In this document: piece after piece, positions 32,890 to 42,655 of the stretch | How positions within the stretch are numbered: position 1 is the stretch's first letter | How the letters are laid out: the number at the start of each line of letters is the position of its first letter | Source of the DNA: Patescibacteria group bacterium | GTDB lineage: Bacteria > Patescibacteriota > Microgenomatia > UBA1400 > PJMF01 | Length of the DNA: 58,392 nucleotides | Assembly: GCA_019454415.1 (NCBI GenBank) | Contig: JACFOI010000006.1 | Coordinates: 1 to 58,392, forward strand | Reading direction: 5' to 3' | Made by a program: the position numbers and the translations under genes | The notes under the pieces: model-generated | What the model saw: the letters and a program-made list of their open reading frames with translations, nothing else | What the model was told of the DNA's origin: nothing | Database searches by the model: none

Positions 32890-32962
32890 CTATCCCCAAC
32901 TCTCTAGCCTGGTATCCCCAATCGGAACGTGCGCAACTAGCGCGGGCTGACCACCTCCTCAA

Positions 32963-33010
32963 AAATTTGACCGTCACGCGCCCCGCGCGGGGCGGTCATT
33001 TTGTTTATAT
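32963..33010 (+). terminator. GC-rich hairpin terminator after the lipoprotein gene
   Basis: TGAC-cgtca-CGCCCC-GCGC-GGGGCG-GTCA followed by TTTTGTTT. Confidence 0.65.
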
Positions 33011-33039
33011 GGGACTTTAAGTCGTCCCAGCTAGAGAAA

Positions 33040-34005
33040 CTAAAACCCAAATTCTAACCAGGTCGTCATCGCCAGGAACGCAACATATACTGAGACCAAG
33101 ATCATGCCTTCTTTGACGCTCAATCGATGCTTAGTACGACAGAACCACCAGAAGATCACGAAGCCTACAGCAAGTAAAACAATAATCGGGATCAGTGGCT
33201 GCGTCACAAAGATCGTGCCCTGTGTAGCCAACACTAATACTGACCACAGCAAGGTATTCATCGTTGCTGATCCGACATAGTCGCCTAAGACAATCTCACG
33301 CTTGCCGCTCAACGCGGCCCGAACAGCCAGACTGAACTCAGGCAGGTTGGTACCCAGTGCCATAATTACCATACTGACTAAAAAAGGATGTAGGTGTAAG
33401 TGCTCAGACAGAGAGCTGACGCTGCGGATAGAAACTTGGGTCGCTAAGAACAGAACAATCACAGACACAAGCACTTTACTGATCTCCACCAAAGGATTCA
33501 TCTTGGTGTGATTTTTGATAACCCGTGTGATCCGCTCCATCAGGGTCATTTTCTTGGAGAAGATGACGACAAATGTCAGGTATAAAAATAAGGTCAGAAT
33601 ACCTTCTCCCAGTTGGACTCGTCCGTCCAGTAAAGTCAGAAGCGGAGCTGCTAATGTGGCTAAAATCAGGATCAGGAAACCGCCTTGCATTTGGGACTGC
33701 AAGCGAATACCTTTGCTGATGATGGCAAGAAAGGGAACGACTAAAAAGACTAAGAAGATCTGCCCGCCAATCAAGTTGCCCATCGATACTTCCGGCTGCT
33801 GCAGTACCAAAGAGTTCATCAAGACGGCGATCTCAGGGAAAGAAGTTGCGGTTCCCAATAAAAAGAGTGAGAGCGTGAACTGAGAGATACGGAGGGACTT
33901 GGAGAGCTTCTCAATGGCTCCGAGGAGCACTCCGGCACCCAGCCAGACAACCACGAAAGAAGCACCTAAAAAAAGAATGTCCTGGATAACAATCGAGGGC
34001 AGCAT
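33040..34005 (-). CDS. Ca2+/cation antiporter (CaCA, YrbG-like sodium/calcium exchanger)
   Basis: Two alpha-repeat motifs, GTATSFPEIAV and LGTNLPEFSLAV, within about 10 TM helices. Confidence 0.85.
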   Translation of the reverse strand: MLPSIVIQDILFLGASFVVVWLGAGVLLGAIEKLSKSLRISQFTLSLFLLGTATSFPEIAVLMNSLVLQQPEVSMGNLIGGQIFLVFLVVPFLAIISKGIRLQSQMQGGFLILILATLAAPLLTLLDGRVQLGEGILTLFLYLTFVVIFSKKMTLMERITRVIKNHTKMNPLVEISKVLVSVIVLFLATQVSIRSVSSLSEHLHLHPFLVSMVIMALGTNLPEFSLAVRAALSGKREIVLGDYVGSATMNTLLWSVLVLATQGTIFVTQPLIPIIVLLAVGFVIFWWFCRTKHRLSVKEGMILVSVYVAFLAMTTWLEFGF

Positions 34006-34017
34006 TAGGAAAATATA

Positions 34018-35514
34018 TCAGTTTCCGCAGCTCATTTGAATACTCTCTGAGAAGCCTGAATAATCTTGGTCACTTCGACAGTCGGCACACTGTGCCTGAG
34101 CATATCTGACAAAGTAGTTCTTGGTATTTTCAAAGTCCACAATAATCTTTTCTTCGTTGGTCTTGGAGCGGTTCCGGCGTTCGTTATAGATGTCGTTTTT
34201 GCCAGCAGCTGAGCCGACTTGGAACCAATAGGAGTTGGCGTTCTGAGCGTGGTCAAAGACAATCTCCGCCGGCCACTTGCCGTCTGCTTTTTTCGTGCCA
34301 CAGGTTAAGAGACGCGGTTGACCTGGAGCATCGAGAGAAACATTCGTGTTGATCCGAAAGATCACGTTTGAGGCTGGGGCAGTCAAGGTGACCGCATTGG
34401 CACTGGAGGTATTTTCTTGGTTAACTTGCAGAGCGGCGGTCATTTCATATTGAGCTCCTGCAGCAGCTTTATCAAAGCTCCATGTTTGACCGTCACCAGC
34501 CGGAATGCGAGCCACCACCGCATACTGGCTTTCACCCGGCTGACGCTGCAAAATCAGGATTGAACTGTTATTGGCGACTGGTCCATTCAAGTCGATCTTG
34601 CCGGTAATGGCAGCGCGTTCGTATTGAGGCTGGGCTGGCGGCTGGGCGCTCGACACGAGCTGAAGGTATTGGTTGGAGGCTGGTGCCGCCACTACAACAG
34701 GATCAGAGCGACCCAGAATCACGTCACCGTCAAGCAACTCAAGAAGCAGTTGGTATCTACGACCAGGCTCAGCGTCACCCCAGATCCAGACAGCACTATC
34801 CTTGGGTTCGATATCCGTTGTAACTACCTGGAAGTTATTCTCTCCCTCAACCGAGGCTTTCAGAGACAGACGGGCAGTCGCTGGAATATAGCCGCTCAAG
34901 TTGACCCGACCGGAGACCGACACAGGCTGCCGATCCTGAAGGTTAGCGACTGTGGCACTCTCACTGGCTGGTGGCTGAAGGACGATCAATCGAGGCGTCG
35001 GCAGAGCTTCATTCGTTAAGTTTCCGTCCAGCAACTCACGCTCTAGAGCAATGACGTCGTCCGGGATTTGGTCTTCTGAGACGTTAAACGTCAACTGTTC
35101 ACCACTAGCTGGTGCAGTCACGATGATGGTGTTGGAACGAGTAATCTCCCGCCCCAAAAACTCTACGCCCGCTTGTAACTCATACGTCTCTCCACTCTCT
35201 GCTCCATCCCACGACCAGGTGGCCATTGAACTGAGTGGCACACTGACCGGCAGTTGAACAAAATCAGGCTCGCTGAGTGCTCGTTTGTAGAGGACGACTC
35301 TGCCACTGTTTTCACTGCCAGAGACAGGACGGATACCGTTATATTGAATTGAACCGGAGATAATCGCAGCATTTGTCTGCTGCATCTGGACTGGCGGTTG
35401 TTCCTGATGAACAAAAAAACGATATGCCATCATGCCGGCAAACACACCGACTGTGATCACTAGCAGCAAGCTACCACCCAGAAGAAAAAACTGAATCACT
35501 TGATGTCTATTCAT
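34018..35514 (-). CDS. Membrane-anchored surface protein: three beta-sandwich-like modules plus a Cys-containing C-terminal domain (paralog A)
   Basis: 498 aa with an N-terminal TM helix. The modules start at ISGSIQYNG, VSGRVNLSGYIP and ITGKIDLNGP, and each ends in a (V/L)TAPAS-type motif. The C-terminal domain has 4 Cys. Confidence 0.7.
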   Translation of the reverse strand: MNRHQVIQFFLLGGSLLLVITVGVFAGMMAYRFFVHQEQPPVQMQQTNAAIISGSIQYNGIRPVSGSENSGRVVLYKRALSEPDFVQLPVSVPLSSMATWSWDGAESGETYELQAGVEFLGREITRSNTIIVTAPASGEQLTFNVSEDQIPDDVIALERELLDGNLTNEALPTPRLIVLQPPASESATVANLQDRQPVSVSGRVNLSGYIPATARLSLKASVEGENNFQVVTTDIEPKDSAVWIWGDAEPGRRYQLLLELLDGDVILGRSDPVVVAAPASNQYLQLVSSAQPPAQPQYERAAITGKIDLNGPVANNSSILILQRQPGESQYAVVARIPAGDGQTWSFDKAAAGAQYEMTAALQVNQENTSSANAVTLTAPASNVIFRINTNVSLDAPGQPRLLTCGTKKADGKWPAEIVFDHAQNANSYWFQVGSAAGKNDIYNERRNRSKTNEEKIIVDFENTKNYFVRYAQAQCADCRSDQDYSGFSESIQMSCGN

Positions 35515-35521
35515 GCGCAGG

Positions 35522-36013
35522 TCACGTACCTTGTTTATTCTTTTGCTGAAACTTTTCTAAGGCGTCTGCTAAGGGTGGAACGTTATACTTTATGCGTTCT
35601 TCATCCGGGATCGACCGATCAATCGGCTCGGCAAACTGCCACTCACCTTTCTCATTCAGTACAAACTGCGTCCCGTAGACCTGGGATTTTCCAGAGGCCA
35701 ACTGCCAGCGGTCAAAAGTTGAAGCAAACATCCATTTGGCAGGTTCGTACGCACGATTCATGGCTTCGCGAGCTAGGTGATGAGCCTGTTGGAAGTCGTC
35801 AACGGTATCTCCGTGCTGGAAAATCAATGCTGCGTGGTAGTAGTCTTCAGCTTCGGTGAGCTGTCCATCGCGAATGAATTGACCTGTCTGCAAGCGCCGG
35901 GTTTTGTCACGGGCTTTCAACTGAGTCAGTTGCAGTTCGTTTCTCCAGTCTGTTACTTTCTCACGATCAGCAATGTCCTCCAGATAGAGTTGACGCAACA
36001 ACTCATGTGGCAT
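35522..36013 (-). CDS. Hypothetical protein (163 aa), possibly DUF6624-like
   Basis: A clean ORF between the two paralogs. The family assignment is from memory only. Confidence 0.45.
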   Translation of the reverse strand: MPHELLRQLYLEDIADREKVTDWRNELQLTQLKARDKTRRLQTGQFIRDGQLTEAEDYYHAALIFQHGDTVDDFQQAHHLAREAMNRAYEPAKWMFASTFDRWQLASGKSQVYGTQFVLNEKGEWQFAEPIDRSIPDEERIKYNVPPLADALEKFQQKNKQGT

Positions 36014-36114
36014 ATTTGCATTGTAGACTACTTGACCCTCTAACTGCTAATTGAGCAAAACGCCGCTGGGCAGGTTTCCAAGCGGCGTTCCATAAGACGC
36101 TGTGACGGATCAAA

Positions 36115-37692
36115 CTACTCGCAAGTAAATCCAACGGTGGTGGACCACGGCGAGAAGTTATTGGGATCAGTACAGTTGCTGCACTCTGCGTAGGAGTACC
36201 GGACAAAGCTCTGTTGACCTCTGTTCACACCCACTGTGATCTTCTGCTCTCCGGAATTAGGACTGACTGCAATCTGTGTATTGGCATAGCTGCTGTCACC
36301 CTGGTTATTATTTCCGACTTGTACCCAATAACGAGCAGCATTTGAGACGGCAGGTAAGACAATCACTGCTTGGTTATTGTTGATACAGGTTTGGAAGACG
36401 GGCTGAGTCCCAGGTGCAGGCACCAGGAAGTTAGTGTTCAGGGTAAAGTTGACATTGGCAGCCGGGGCAGTCACTGTCACCGGCTGGGGCGCAGTAGACG
36501 TGTTGTTGCCATTGACTTGGAGAGCAGCCTGAATCTGGTACTGTTGTCCAGGAACAGCGTTATCAAACTCCCAGCTGGTTCCTGAGTTAACAGGATTGTT
36601 GTAGCGGTTGATGACGTTGAAGTTCTGTTGACCTGGTTGGCGCCAGAGCATCAGGAGACTGGTACCTTGGTTCATCGGACCATTCAGCACGACCGTTCCT
36701 GAAATCTTGGCCGTTGGTGGTGGAGCTGGAGACGGGCTAGGCTGCGCAGACGGCTGGGACAAGGCGACTGGACTAGGAGCTGCAGCCTGAGGTGACGGTG
36801 ACTGAGCCAGCTGTGAGAAGACCCCTGGGGTTGGGGAGGCTTGTACCGTAGGCACCGCCGGAGGCTGAGCCTGTGAGTTAATAATCATGGTTACTTGTTG
36901 GTCCGCTGCCTCAACGTTCACGATCTGCTCGGACTCGCCAATTTGGTTGCCTGAGCTGTCGTTCAGGACTGCACGGAACACATACTCTTGGAGTGGCTGA
37001 GCAGCGCTCCAGCTCCACACATTAGCATTGGTGGGATTCGAGATAGATTGGACGACCTTTTCGTTATCTTGCAGCTGGTCACCAATATTGAGGGCTTCTC
37101 CATCTTGTGGCGTGTTTTCCACTGCCATAATCTGAAGTTGACTTCGAGCCGGAATGTAGCCATTGATGTTTACTGTGCCACCGATTGAGAGATTACTGTT
37201 GGCAACGACGTCGCTGGGTAAGTCACGCCAGTTTACTTTAATAGCCAGGTCAACATCTGAGGCGGGCGCTGTAACAGTCTCGGTGTCGGAGCGTTTCACC
37301 ACATTTCCGTCAATCACAACAGCCCCTTGAAGTTGATAGATCTTCCCTTCTTCAGCACCAGCCCACTCCCAGGTTTGATTAGGCACTAAGGGAATGTCGA
37401 TACCTGCATCCTGAAAGTCGCCTCTGCCTCCTTGTTCCTTGTAGAACAGTCGGACGGTTCCTCTATCACCTGGATCCGGCTTCAAGGCAGTGTAGACAAC
37501 CGTTCCAGTAATTGAAGCACGTCGGGTATCAAACAAACCTACTTTTTTACCGAAAATCAAAATCGCTCCAGCAATAATCAGTCCGACGATGATCATCGCA
37601 ATAATCATCATCAGTGAAGGGACTGAACCACCACGGCGGGAGGACTTTCGGGAAGTTGTATTCAAGGAAAGGGGGCGTGTTTTTCTTGGCAC
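36115..37692 (-). CDS. Membrane-anchored surface protein, paralog B of 34018-35514
   Basis: 525 aa with the same architecture: ITGTVVYT, IGGTVNINGYIP and ISGTVVLNGP modules, VTAPAS/VTAPAA endings, a Pro/Ala/Ser linker and a colinear 4-Cys C-terminal domain. Confidence 0.7.
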   Translation of the reverse strand: MPRKTRPLSLNTTSRKSSRRGGSVPSLMMIIAMIIVGLIIAGAILIFGKKVGLFDTRRASITGTVVYTALKPDPGDRGTVRLFYKEQGGRGDFQDAGIDIPLVPNQTWEWAGAEEGKIYQLQGAVVIDGNVVKRSDTETVTAPASDVDLAIKVNWRDLPSDVVANSNLSIGGTVNINGYIPARSQLQIMAVENTPQDGEALNIGDQLQDNEKVVQSISNPTNANVWSWSAAQPLQEYVFRAVLNDSSGNQIGESEQIVNVEAADQQVTMIINSQAQPPAVPTVQASPTPGVFSQLAQSPSPQAAAPSPVALSQPSAQPSPSPAPPPTAKISGTVVLNGPMNQGTSLLMLWRQPGQQNFNVINRYNNPVNSGTSWEFDNAVPGQQYQIQAALQVNGNNTSTAPQPVTVTAPAANVNFTLNTNFLVPAPGTQPVFQTCINNNQAVIVLPAVSNAARYWVQVGNNNQGDSSYANTQIAVSPNSGEQKITVGVNRGQQSFVRYSYAECSNCTDPNNFSPWSTTVGFTCE

Positions 37693-37837
37693 ACAATTAC
37701 GCTATCTGTTTCTGAGAACGCGAACAAGAGCGCAAACCGGTACAAAGTACAACAAATAAAAAGCTTGATCTTTCGGCTACAACTTCTTTAAGGTATCAAT
37801 GTCTTAATATTGGTTCGCATCTTGCTCTCTTTCTGTT

Positions 37838-38284
37838 TTATAAGCCTAGACGGGCTCCGTACTGCTCCAGAAACTTGGGAAACTGCGAGTGCATCGGCTC
37901 CGGGAAGTCTTTGAGTTTGAACCACTGGAGTTCATCAAACTTTCTCGGCTCGCCGTTTCTGACTTTGCTCCGATCAACCAACACTTTGAAGTCCATTGAC
38001 AGCCAATGAGTCAGCTGACCGTTTTGTTCGCGGAACACATCCCGATACCCCAGGAACTCAAAATCCAAGACATCAGTGCAGTACTCTTCTTTGATCTCTT
38101 TGCGGAGCGTTTCTTCGATCGTCGCTCCGAACTCGACACTGCCACCACCGATGTCCCATCGTCCGTGTTCATCACGGCAGTTCTTGCTGCGTTTGTTTAG
38201 CAAGATGTTGCCATGCCCATCGTGACACATAAAGCTAGTCGTAATGCCGATGCAATCGACACCTTTGCGCAGAGTCTTTTCCAT
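37838..38284 (-). CDS. Nudix hydrolase
   Basis: Nudix box GGGSVEFGATIEETLRKEIKEE. I chose the ATG at 38284. TATACT lies 7 nt upstream. Confidence 0.8.
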   Translation of the reverse strand: MEKTLRKGVDCIGITTSFMCHDGHGNILLNKRSKNCRDEHGRWDIGGGSVEFGATIEETLRKEIKEEYCTDVLDFEFLGYRDVFREQNGQLTHWLSMDFKVLVDRSKVRNGEPRKFDELQWFKLKDFPEPMHSQFPKFLEQYGARLGL

Positions 38285-38339
38285 GCCGCCCAGTATACAA
38301 AGATTTGACAGAAAAAACAGCGCCTTCCCAGGCAGAAGT

Positions 38340-39440
38340 TTAGACCGCTTCCCACGGAAACTCAGCGCGGCCAAAGTGCCCATACGCGGCAGTCGGCAGG
38401 TAGAGGGGTCGTCGCAGATCCAAGGCAGTAATGATTCCCCGCACCGAAGTATCTAAAGCCTGATCGACAAACTCACGTAACACTCTTTGTGAACCTCTGG
38501 CTGTACCGAATGTCTCGACAGTCTTCATCACAGGCTGAGCCTGGCCAATGCAGTAAGCCAAAGCAACTTCAGCTTTCTCTGCCAGCCCCTCAGCTACCAA
38601 CTTCTTGGCAATATACCTGGCAGCATAGGCACCGGAGCGATCAACTTTGGTCGGATCCTTGCCACTAAAACAACCGCCCCCTACTCTGGCGTACCCACCA
38701 TAGCCGTCGACAATAATTTTGCGGCCAGTCAAGCCGGTATCGGCGACTGGGCCGCCGATGTGCCAGATACCTGTTCCGTTGACGATCAGCTGTGCAGGAT
38801 TAATAGTCATTTCATACGCTCCAAGAGTCGGACCGACTACCTGATCCAAGATGTCGTGTGCGACTTGCTTAAGCGGGATGTTTTCCTGATGAGGAACTGC
38901 TACCACCACTTTCTCGACCGCTACCGGTCTGCCCTCTTCATACTTGATCGTGACCTGAGTCTTCCCATCCGGGCGTAGGTACTTCAGTTGCCCTGACTCC
39001 CGGACCTGGTCGATCTTGCGGGCCAACTGATGAGCCAGCACAATCGGCAACGGCATCAGCTCCTCGGTTTCCGTACAGGCAAAACCAAACATCATTCCCT
39101 GATCACCTGCACCATCCTGATCCACACCAGCTGAGATCTCACTAGACTGCTGGTGAACGTGAATATCAACTGGAGAAAACTCACCAAACCCAAATCGTTG
39201 ATCTGTGTAACCAAGTCGCCGGAGCTGCTTCTGAACAATGTCGCCAAGATCAAGGTGGGCATTTGTGGTCAGTTCTCCTGCCAGCACAACTCGGTCAGCC
39301 GTAACCAGTGTTTCGACTGCTACTCGGCTGTGGGGATCCTGGGCCAGAGCAGCATCGACCACGGCATCCGAAACCTGGTCGCAGATCTTGTCAGGGTGTC
39401 CGGCGCAGACAGACTCTGAGGTAAAAAGGTGAGAAGACAT
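38340..39440 (-). CDS. metK: S-adenosylmethionine synthetase
   Basis: LFTSESVCAGHPDKICDQVSDAVVDA, GAGDQGMMFGFA and GGGCFSGKDPTKVDRSGAY. I chose the ATG at 39440. Confidence 0.93.
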   Translation of the reverse strand: MSSHLFTSESVCAGHPDKICDQVSDAVVDAALAQDPHSRVAVETLVTADRVVLAGELTTNAHLDLGDIVQKQLRRLGYTDQRFGFGEFSPVDIHVHQQSSEISAGVDQDGAGDQGMMFGFACTETEELMPLPIVLAHQLARKIDQVRESGQLKYLRPDGKTQVTIKYEEGRPVAVEKVVVAVPHQENIPLKQVAHDILDQVVGPTLGAYEMTINPAQLIVNGTGIWHIGGPVADTGLTGRKIIVDGYGGYARVGGGCFSGKDPTKVDRSGAYAARYIAKKLVAEGLAEKAEVALAYCIGQAQPVMKTVETFGTARGSQRVLREFVDQALDTSVRGIITALDLRRPLYLPTAAYGHFGRAEFPWEAV

Positions 39441-39581
39441 AAAAGCCTCCCAAGTGGTATTGAGAGGCGATACCCTAAGTTTATACATCTTTCCTCTCGG
39501 TCGGAGGGAGCACCTTGATGCATCAACATCAGGTTGCTGAGTAGATCACTGAGCCGAATCTCTCCCTACTCTCTGGATGTA
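39441..39581 (-). promoter_or_regulatory. SAM-I (S-box) riboswitch: aptamer at 39484-39581, SD-sequestering/terminator hairpin at 39445-39468
   Basis: Read on the minus strand, P1 pairs UACAUC with GAUGUA. It is followed by CAGAG, AGUAGGGAGAGA...CUAC, GCAACC, P3 UGAUG-UUGAUG-CAUCA, AGGUGC, P4 CCUC-CGACCGA-GAGG and AAAGAUGU. Then GCCUCUC-(10 nt)-GGGAGGC is followed by UUUU and the AUG. It sits upstream of metK. Confidence 0.8.
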
Positions 39582-39643
39582 CTTTTGATTATATCAATTT
39601 TCCTCAGGATATTCTCATAAACATTCAGTACAATGGCCTCTCC

Positions 39644-40687
39644 ATGACTCCGTGGAAGAAGTATTTCTGGCTGCAGTTGTTGGTGGGATCAGGGCTCCTT
39701 TTCCTAGAGACCTTCTTTTATGACGGCTTCCTTAGTAAAAAGCTCTTTCTCTCTTTCCCGGTCGTGGCAGGACTCTCTCTATTGATTACTGCTGTCTTGG
39801 TGGTGTGGAAGAGAAAAGCGTTTAGCACCACCGATACCTTCATGACTGCGGTCGTCGCCGGGGGCGGGTTGATTTTGGCTACAGCCTTGGGCTATGCCGA
39901 TCAAACACTCTACCCAAATGCCGTCTTTAGTTCTTTTCATATCCATCCGGAGATCTTCCGTTTTTGGGCGATGTATTTATGGGGAGTAGCAGTGATTTTG
40001 GTGGTGCCACTGTTGCTTCGGCAAGAGAAAAGAGCCTACTTCGCTCTGCCTGCCTATGTGTTGGTGCTTCTCTTCTTTGTACGGTTCACTTTTGAACCCT
40101 TTTTCCCTGAGGTAGGAATGGAAGATGGTCTTGTTGAATGGGCAACCTGCATCTTCTTTCTACTTACCACTCCGCTCGCAGCCTGGATATCACTCAAAAA
40201 CGGATATAAAAAGCAGTTTCTGTCAGCTCTCTTTTTTGGAATACTAACCCTGGCGGCCCTATTCTTGTCCGGTGAAGAAATTTCCTGGGGTGAAAGAATC
40301 CTGAAGTTTTCTTCTCCTGATGTCCTGAAGGCTAATAATGTTCAACAAGAGACCACCCTTCACAATATCGACCCCATTCAGAAAAAGATGTCGCTGGCCT
40401 ATATCAGTGTCGGTTCGTGGGGAACTTTTGGCTGGATGGTCTGGGAACATCTTCCGACTAAGTTTATTGCGCGTTACCGAAAAGGTGGCGAGTCGTTTAC
40501 GCCAACGTGGTTTCTTGGTCCCTTTTTCTTTTATATCCTCTGGTATGGCCTCAACCGGGCGCTGCTGGGGCCGCTGCACTACAAAACCTGGGAAGAGACT
40601 GCTGAGTTGGTCTTCTCAGTGGGACTATTTCTTTTTGTGGCGATGAATCGCTACTCTCCTTTGCGGAAGTACTTACCAAAAAAATAA
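39644..40687 (+). CDS. Hypothetical polytopic membrane protein
   Basis: 347 aa with about 9-10 hydrophobic helices. I recognised no family. TACAAT lies 9 nt upstream of the ATG. Confidence 0.55.
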   Translation: MTPWKKYFWLQLLVGSGLLFLETFFYDGFLSKKLFLSFPVVAGLSLLITAVLVVWKRKAFSTTDTFMTAVVAGGGLILATALGYADQTLYPNAVFSSFHIHPEIFRFWAMYLWGVAVILVVPLLLRQEKRAYFALPAYVLVLLFFVRFTFEPFFPEVGMEDGLVEWATCIFFLLTTPLAAWISLKNGYKKQFLSALFFGILTLAALFLSGEEISWGERILKFSSPDVLKANNVQQETTLHNIDPIQKKMSLAYISVGSWGTFGWMVWEHLPTKFIARYRKGGESFTPTWFLGPFFFYILWYGLNRALLGPLHYKTWEETAELVFSVGLFLFVAMNRYSPLRKYLPKK

Positions 40688-40707
40688 GTTTCTGGGAAAA
40701 AGTTGGG

Positions 40708-40729
40708 GGGGCGACCCTCAGATCGCCCC
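40708..40729 (+). terminator. Hairpin after the membrane-protein gene (weak T-tract)
   Basis: GGGGCGA-cccucaga-UCGCCCC followed by TTGT. Confidence 0.45.
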
Positions 40730-40755
40730 TTGTCCAAGTTAAAGATGTAAAGCAG

Positions 40756-40786
40756 AGAAAAAAGAGCAGGCTGGGCGGCCTGCTCT
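40756..40786 (-). terminator. Rho-independent terminator of eno
   Basis: The 9-bp stem AGAGCAGGC/GCCTGCTCT (40763-40771 with 40778-40786) is followed on the minus strand by TTTTTT. Confidence 0.8.
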
Positions 40787-40824
40787 CTTGTTTCGCGTAG
40801 ATTTTGTACAGAACGAAGCGCCAT

Positions 40825-42114
40825 TTATTTCACTGCAAACGGAAACTTGGCATACGTACTCTGGCCGTTCAGCTCTTCTTCGATCATCATCAAACGGTTG
40901 TACTTGGCCGTCCGCTCTGAGCGACAAGGAGCGCCTGTCTTGATCTGGCCGGTCCCCATTGCCACCACAAAGTCAGCAATAAAGGTGTCCTCGGTCTCAC
41001 CACTACGGTGGGAGACGATTGAACTCATCCCGTTCTTGCGGGCCAGTAGAATCGAGTCGATGGTTTCAGTCAACGAACCGATTTGATTGAGTTTAATCAA
41101 AATCGAGTTGCTGGCTTTTTCGGCAATTCCCTTTTCCAGGCGTTTGACGTTGGTCACATACAGGTCGTCCCCGACGATCTGAAGATGCTCACCATGCTGA
41201 GCTGTGAAGTTCTTGAAGCCTTCCCAGTCGTCTTCTGCAAAGATATCTTCCATCGACACAATCGGGAAAGCACTAGCCAGACCAGCTAGGAACTCTGCAA
41301 ACTCGCCGCTACTTAAGGTTTTGTTCTCTTTTTTCAAAACATATGCGCCATTATCAAAGAATTCAGAAGCAGCAGCATCAATACCCAAATAGATATCTTT
41401 ACCCACTTCGTATCCTGCGGCCTGAATTGCCTCACTCATTAACTCAAACGGCTCTTTATTGGAAGAGACTGCCGGAGCAAAACCACCCTCGTCACCAACT
41501 GCGATTCCATAGCCTTTCTTCTTCAACAAACTCTTGAGTGCAGCATAGACCTCAGCGCCCATCCGGACGCCGTCCCGAACACTGGCAGCCCCCAGAGGAA
41601 AGAGCATGTACTCTTGGATATCTGTTGCCCAGTTGGCGTGTTTGCCGCCGTTCATCACGTTCATTTCGGGGATCGGCATCACAAACGTACCGTTGTGGTC
41701 GGGATTGAATTTAGAAAGGTATTGATAGAGCGGTTTTTTCTGACTGGCAGCTTCAGCGCGGGCGGTAGCCAGAGAAACAGCCAGGATTGCGTTTGCACCC
41801 AAGTTACCCTTATTCTCTGTGCCGTCGGCATCGATCATGGTCTGATCGATGGCTCGTTGATCCTCGGCATCTTTCCCTTTCAGCACCGACTGAATAGTGG
41901 TGTTGGCATTTTCCACGGCCTTACGTACACCGAGCCCGCTGTACCGTGCTTTGTCGCCATCGCGTAGCTCAACTGCTTCGTACTTACCGGTAGAGGCACC
42001 GGACGGAACAGCCGCCCAACCGGTCGAGCCGTCTTCCAGAGTTACCACACACTGGGTAGTGGGGTTTCCGCGACTGTCCAAAATTTCGCTGGCATGGAGA
42101 GAAGAGATCTTCAT
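40825..42114 (-). CDS. eno: Enolase
   Basis: ILDSRGNPTTQCVVTLEDGS, SHRSGETEDTFIADFVVA and IKTGAPCRSERTAKYN. Confidence 0.95.
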   Translation of the reverse strand: MKISSLHASEILDSRGNPTTQCVVTLEDGSTGWAAVPSGASTGKYEAVELRDGDKARYSGLGVRKAVENANTTIQSVLKGKDAEDQRAIDQTMIDADGTENKGNLGANAILAVSLATARAEAASQKKPLYQYLSKFNPDHNGTFVMPIPEMNVMNGGKHANWATDIQEYMLFPLGAASVRDGVRMGAEVYAALKSLLKKKGYGIAVGDEGGFAPAVSSNKEPFELMSEAIQAAGYEVGKDIYLGIDAAASEFFDNGAYVLKKENKTLSSGEFAEFLAGLASAFPIVSMEDIFAEDDWEGFKNFTAQHGEHLQIVGDDLYVTNVKRLEKGIAEKASNSILIKLNQIGSLTETIDSILLARKNGMSSIVSHRSGETEDTFIADFVVAMGTGQIKTGAPCRSERTAKYNRLMMIEEELNGQSTYAKFPFAVK

Positions 42115-42158
42115 AGACTCCCTTTGATTCCTAATAATTTGTATTGCACTGGCATATT

Positions 42159-42611
42159 TTACTCTACAAGATCATCCAGAATAGATTGAAGATATTCTGA
42201 GAGCGGCAGGTCACCCAGATTGATCGCATATAGCTGCGCGGTCTCCAGCTCTGAGCGAGCATCCTCTGCTCTTCCACTCCGGTACACGACTGCAGCTTCA
42301 GCGATTAAGACGCCCAGCTGGTCTCCGGGATCACTGGCATCAACCGGTGATTGAGTGGCTTCTCTGGCTAGGTTTTGATACTCCACGATCAGTTGAAGGC
42401 TGTCTGCTTCAGGCAGTAACGGACTGACTGTCTCTCGCAGCTGACGCAGCTGCTCCGTCTCAATAAAGCCCAGTTCTGTTGCCAGCTCCATCAACTCTTC
42501 TTCCAGCGTCAAGGGAACTTTTTCTTGTTCAGTGTGACCCTGATCGGTGGTCTGTTCCACATCAGGTTGGTCATCTTCAGGCAAGTAGTGTGCATCTTTC
42601 TCTGTTGTCAT
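42159..42611 (-). CDS. Acidic hypothetical protein (150 aa)
   Basis: A clean ORF, Asp/Glu-rich. I recognised no family. Confidence 0.45.
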   Translation of the reverse strand: MTTEKDAHYLPEDDQPDVEQTTDQGHTEQEKVPLTLEEELMELATELGFIETEQLRQLRETVSPLLPEADSLQLIVEYQNLAREATQSPVDASDPGDQLGVLIAEAAVVYRSGRAEDARSELETAQLYAINLGDLPLSEYLQSILDDLVE

Positions 42612-42655
42612 AGTCGTTTCATTGTATTATCCACCTACACTACACTTCTATAGAC

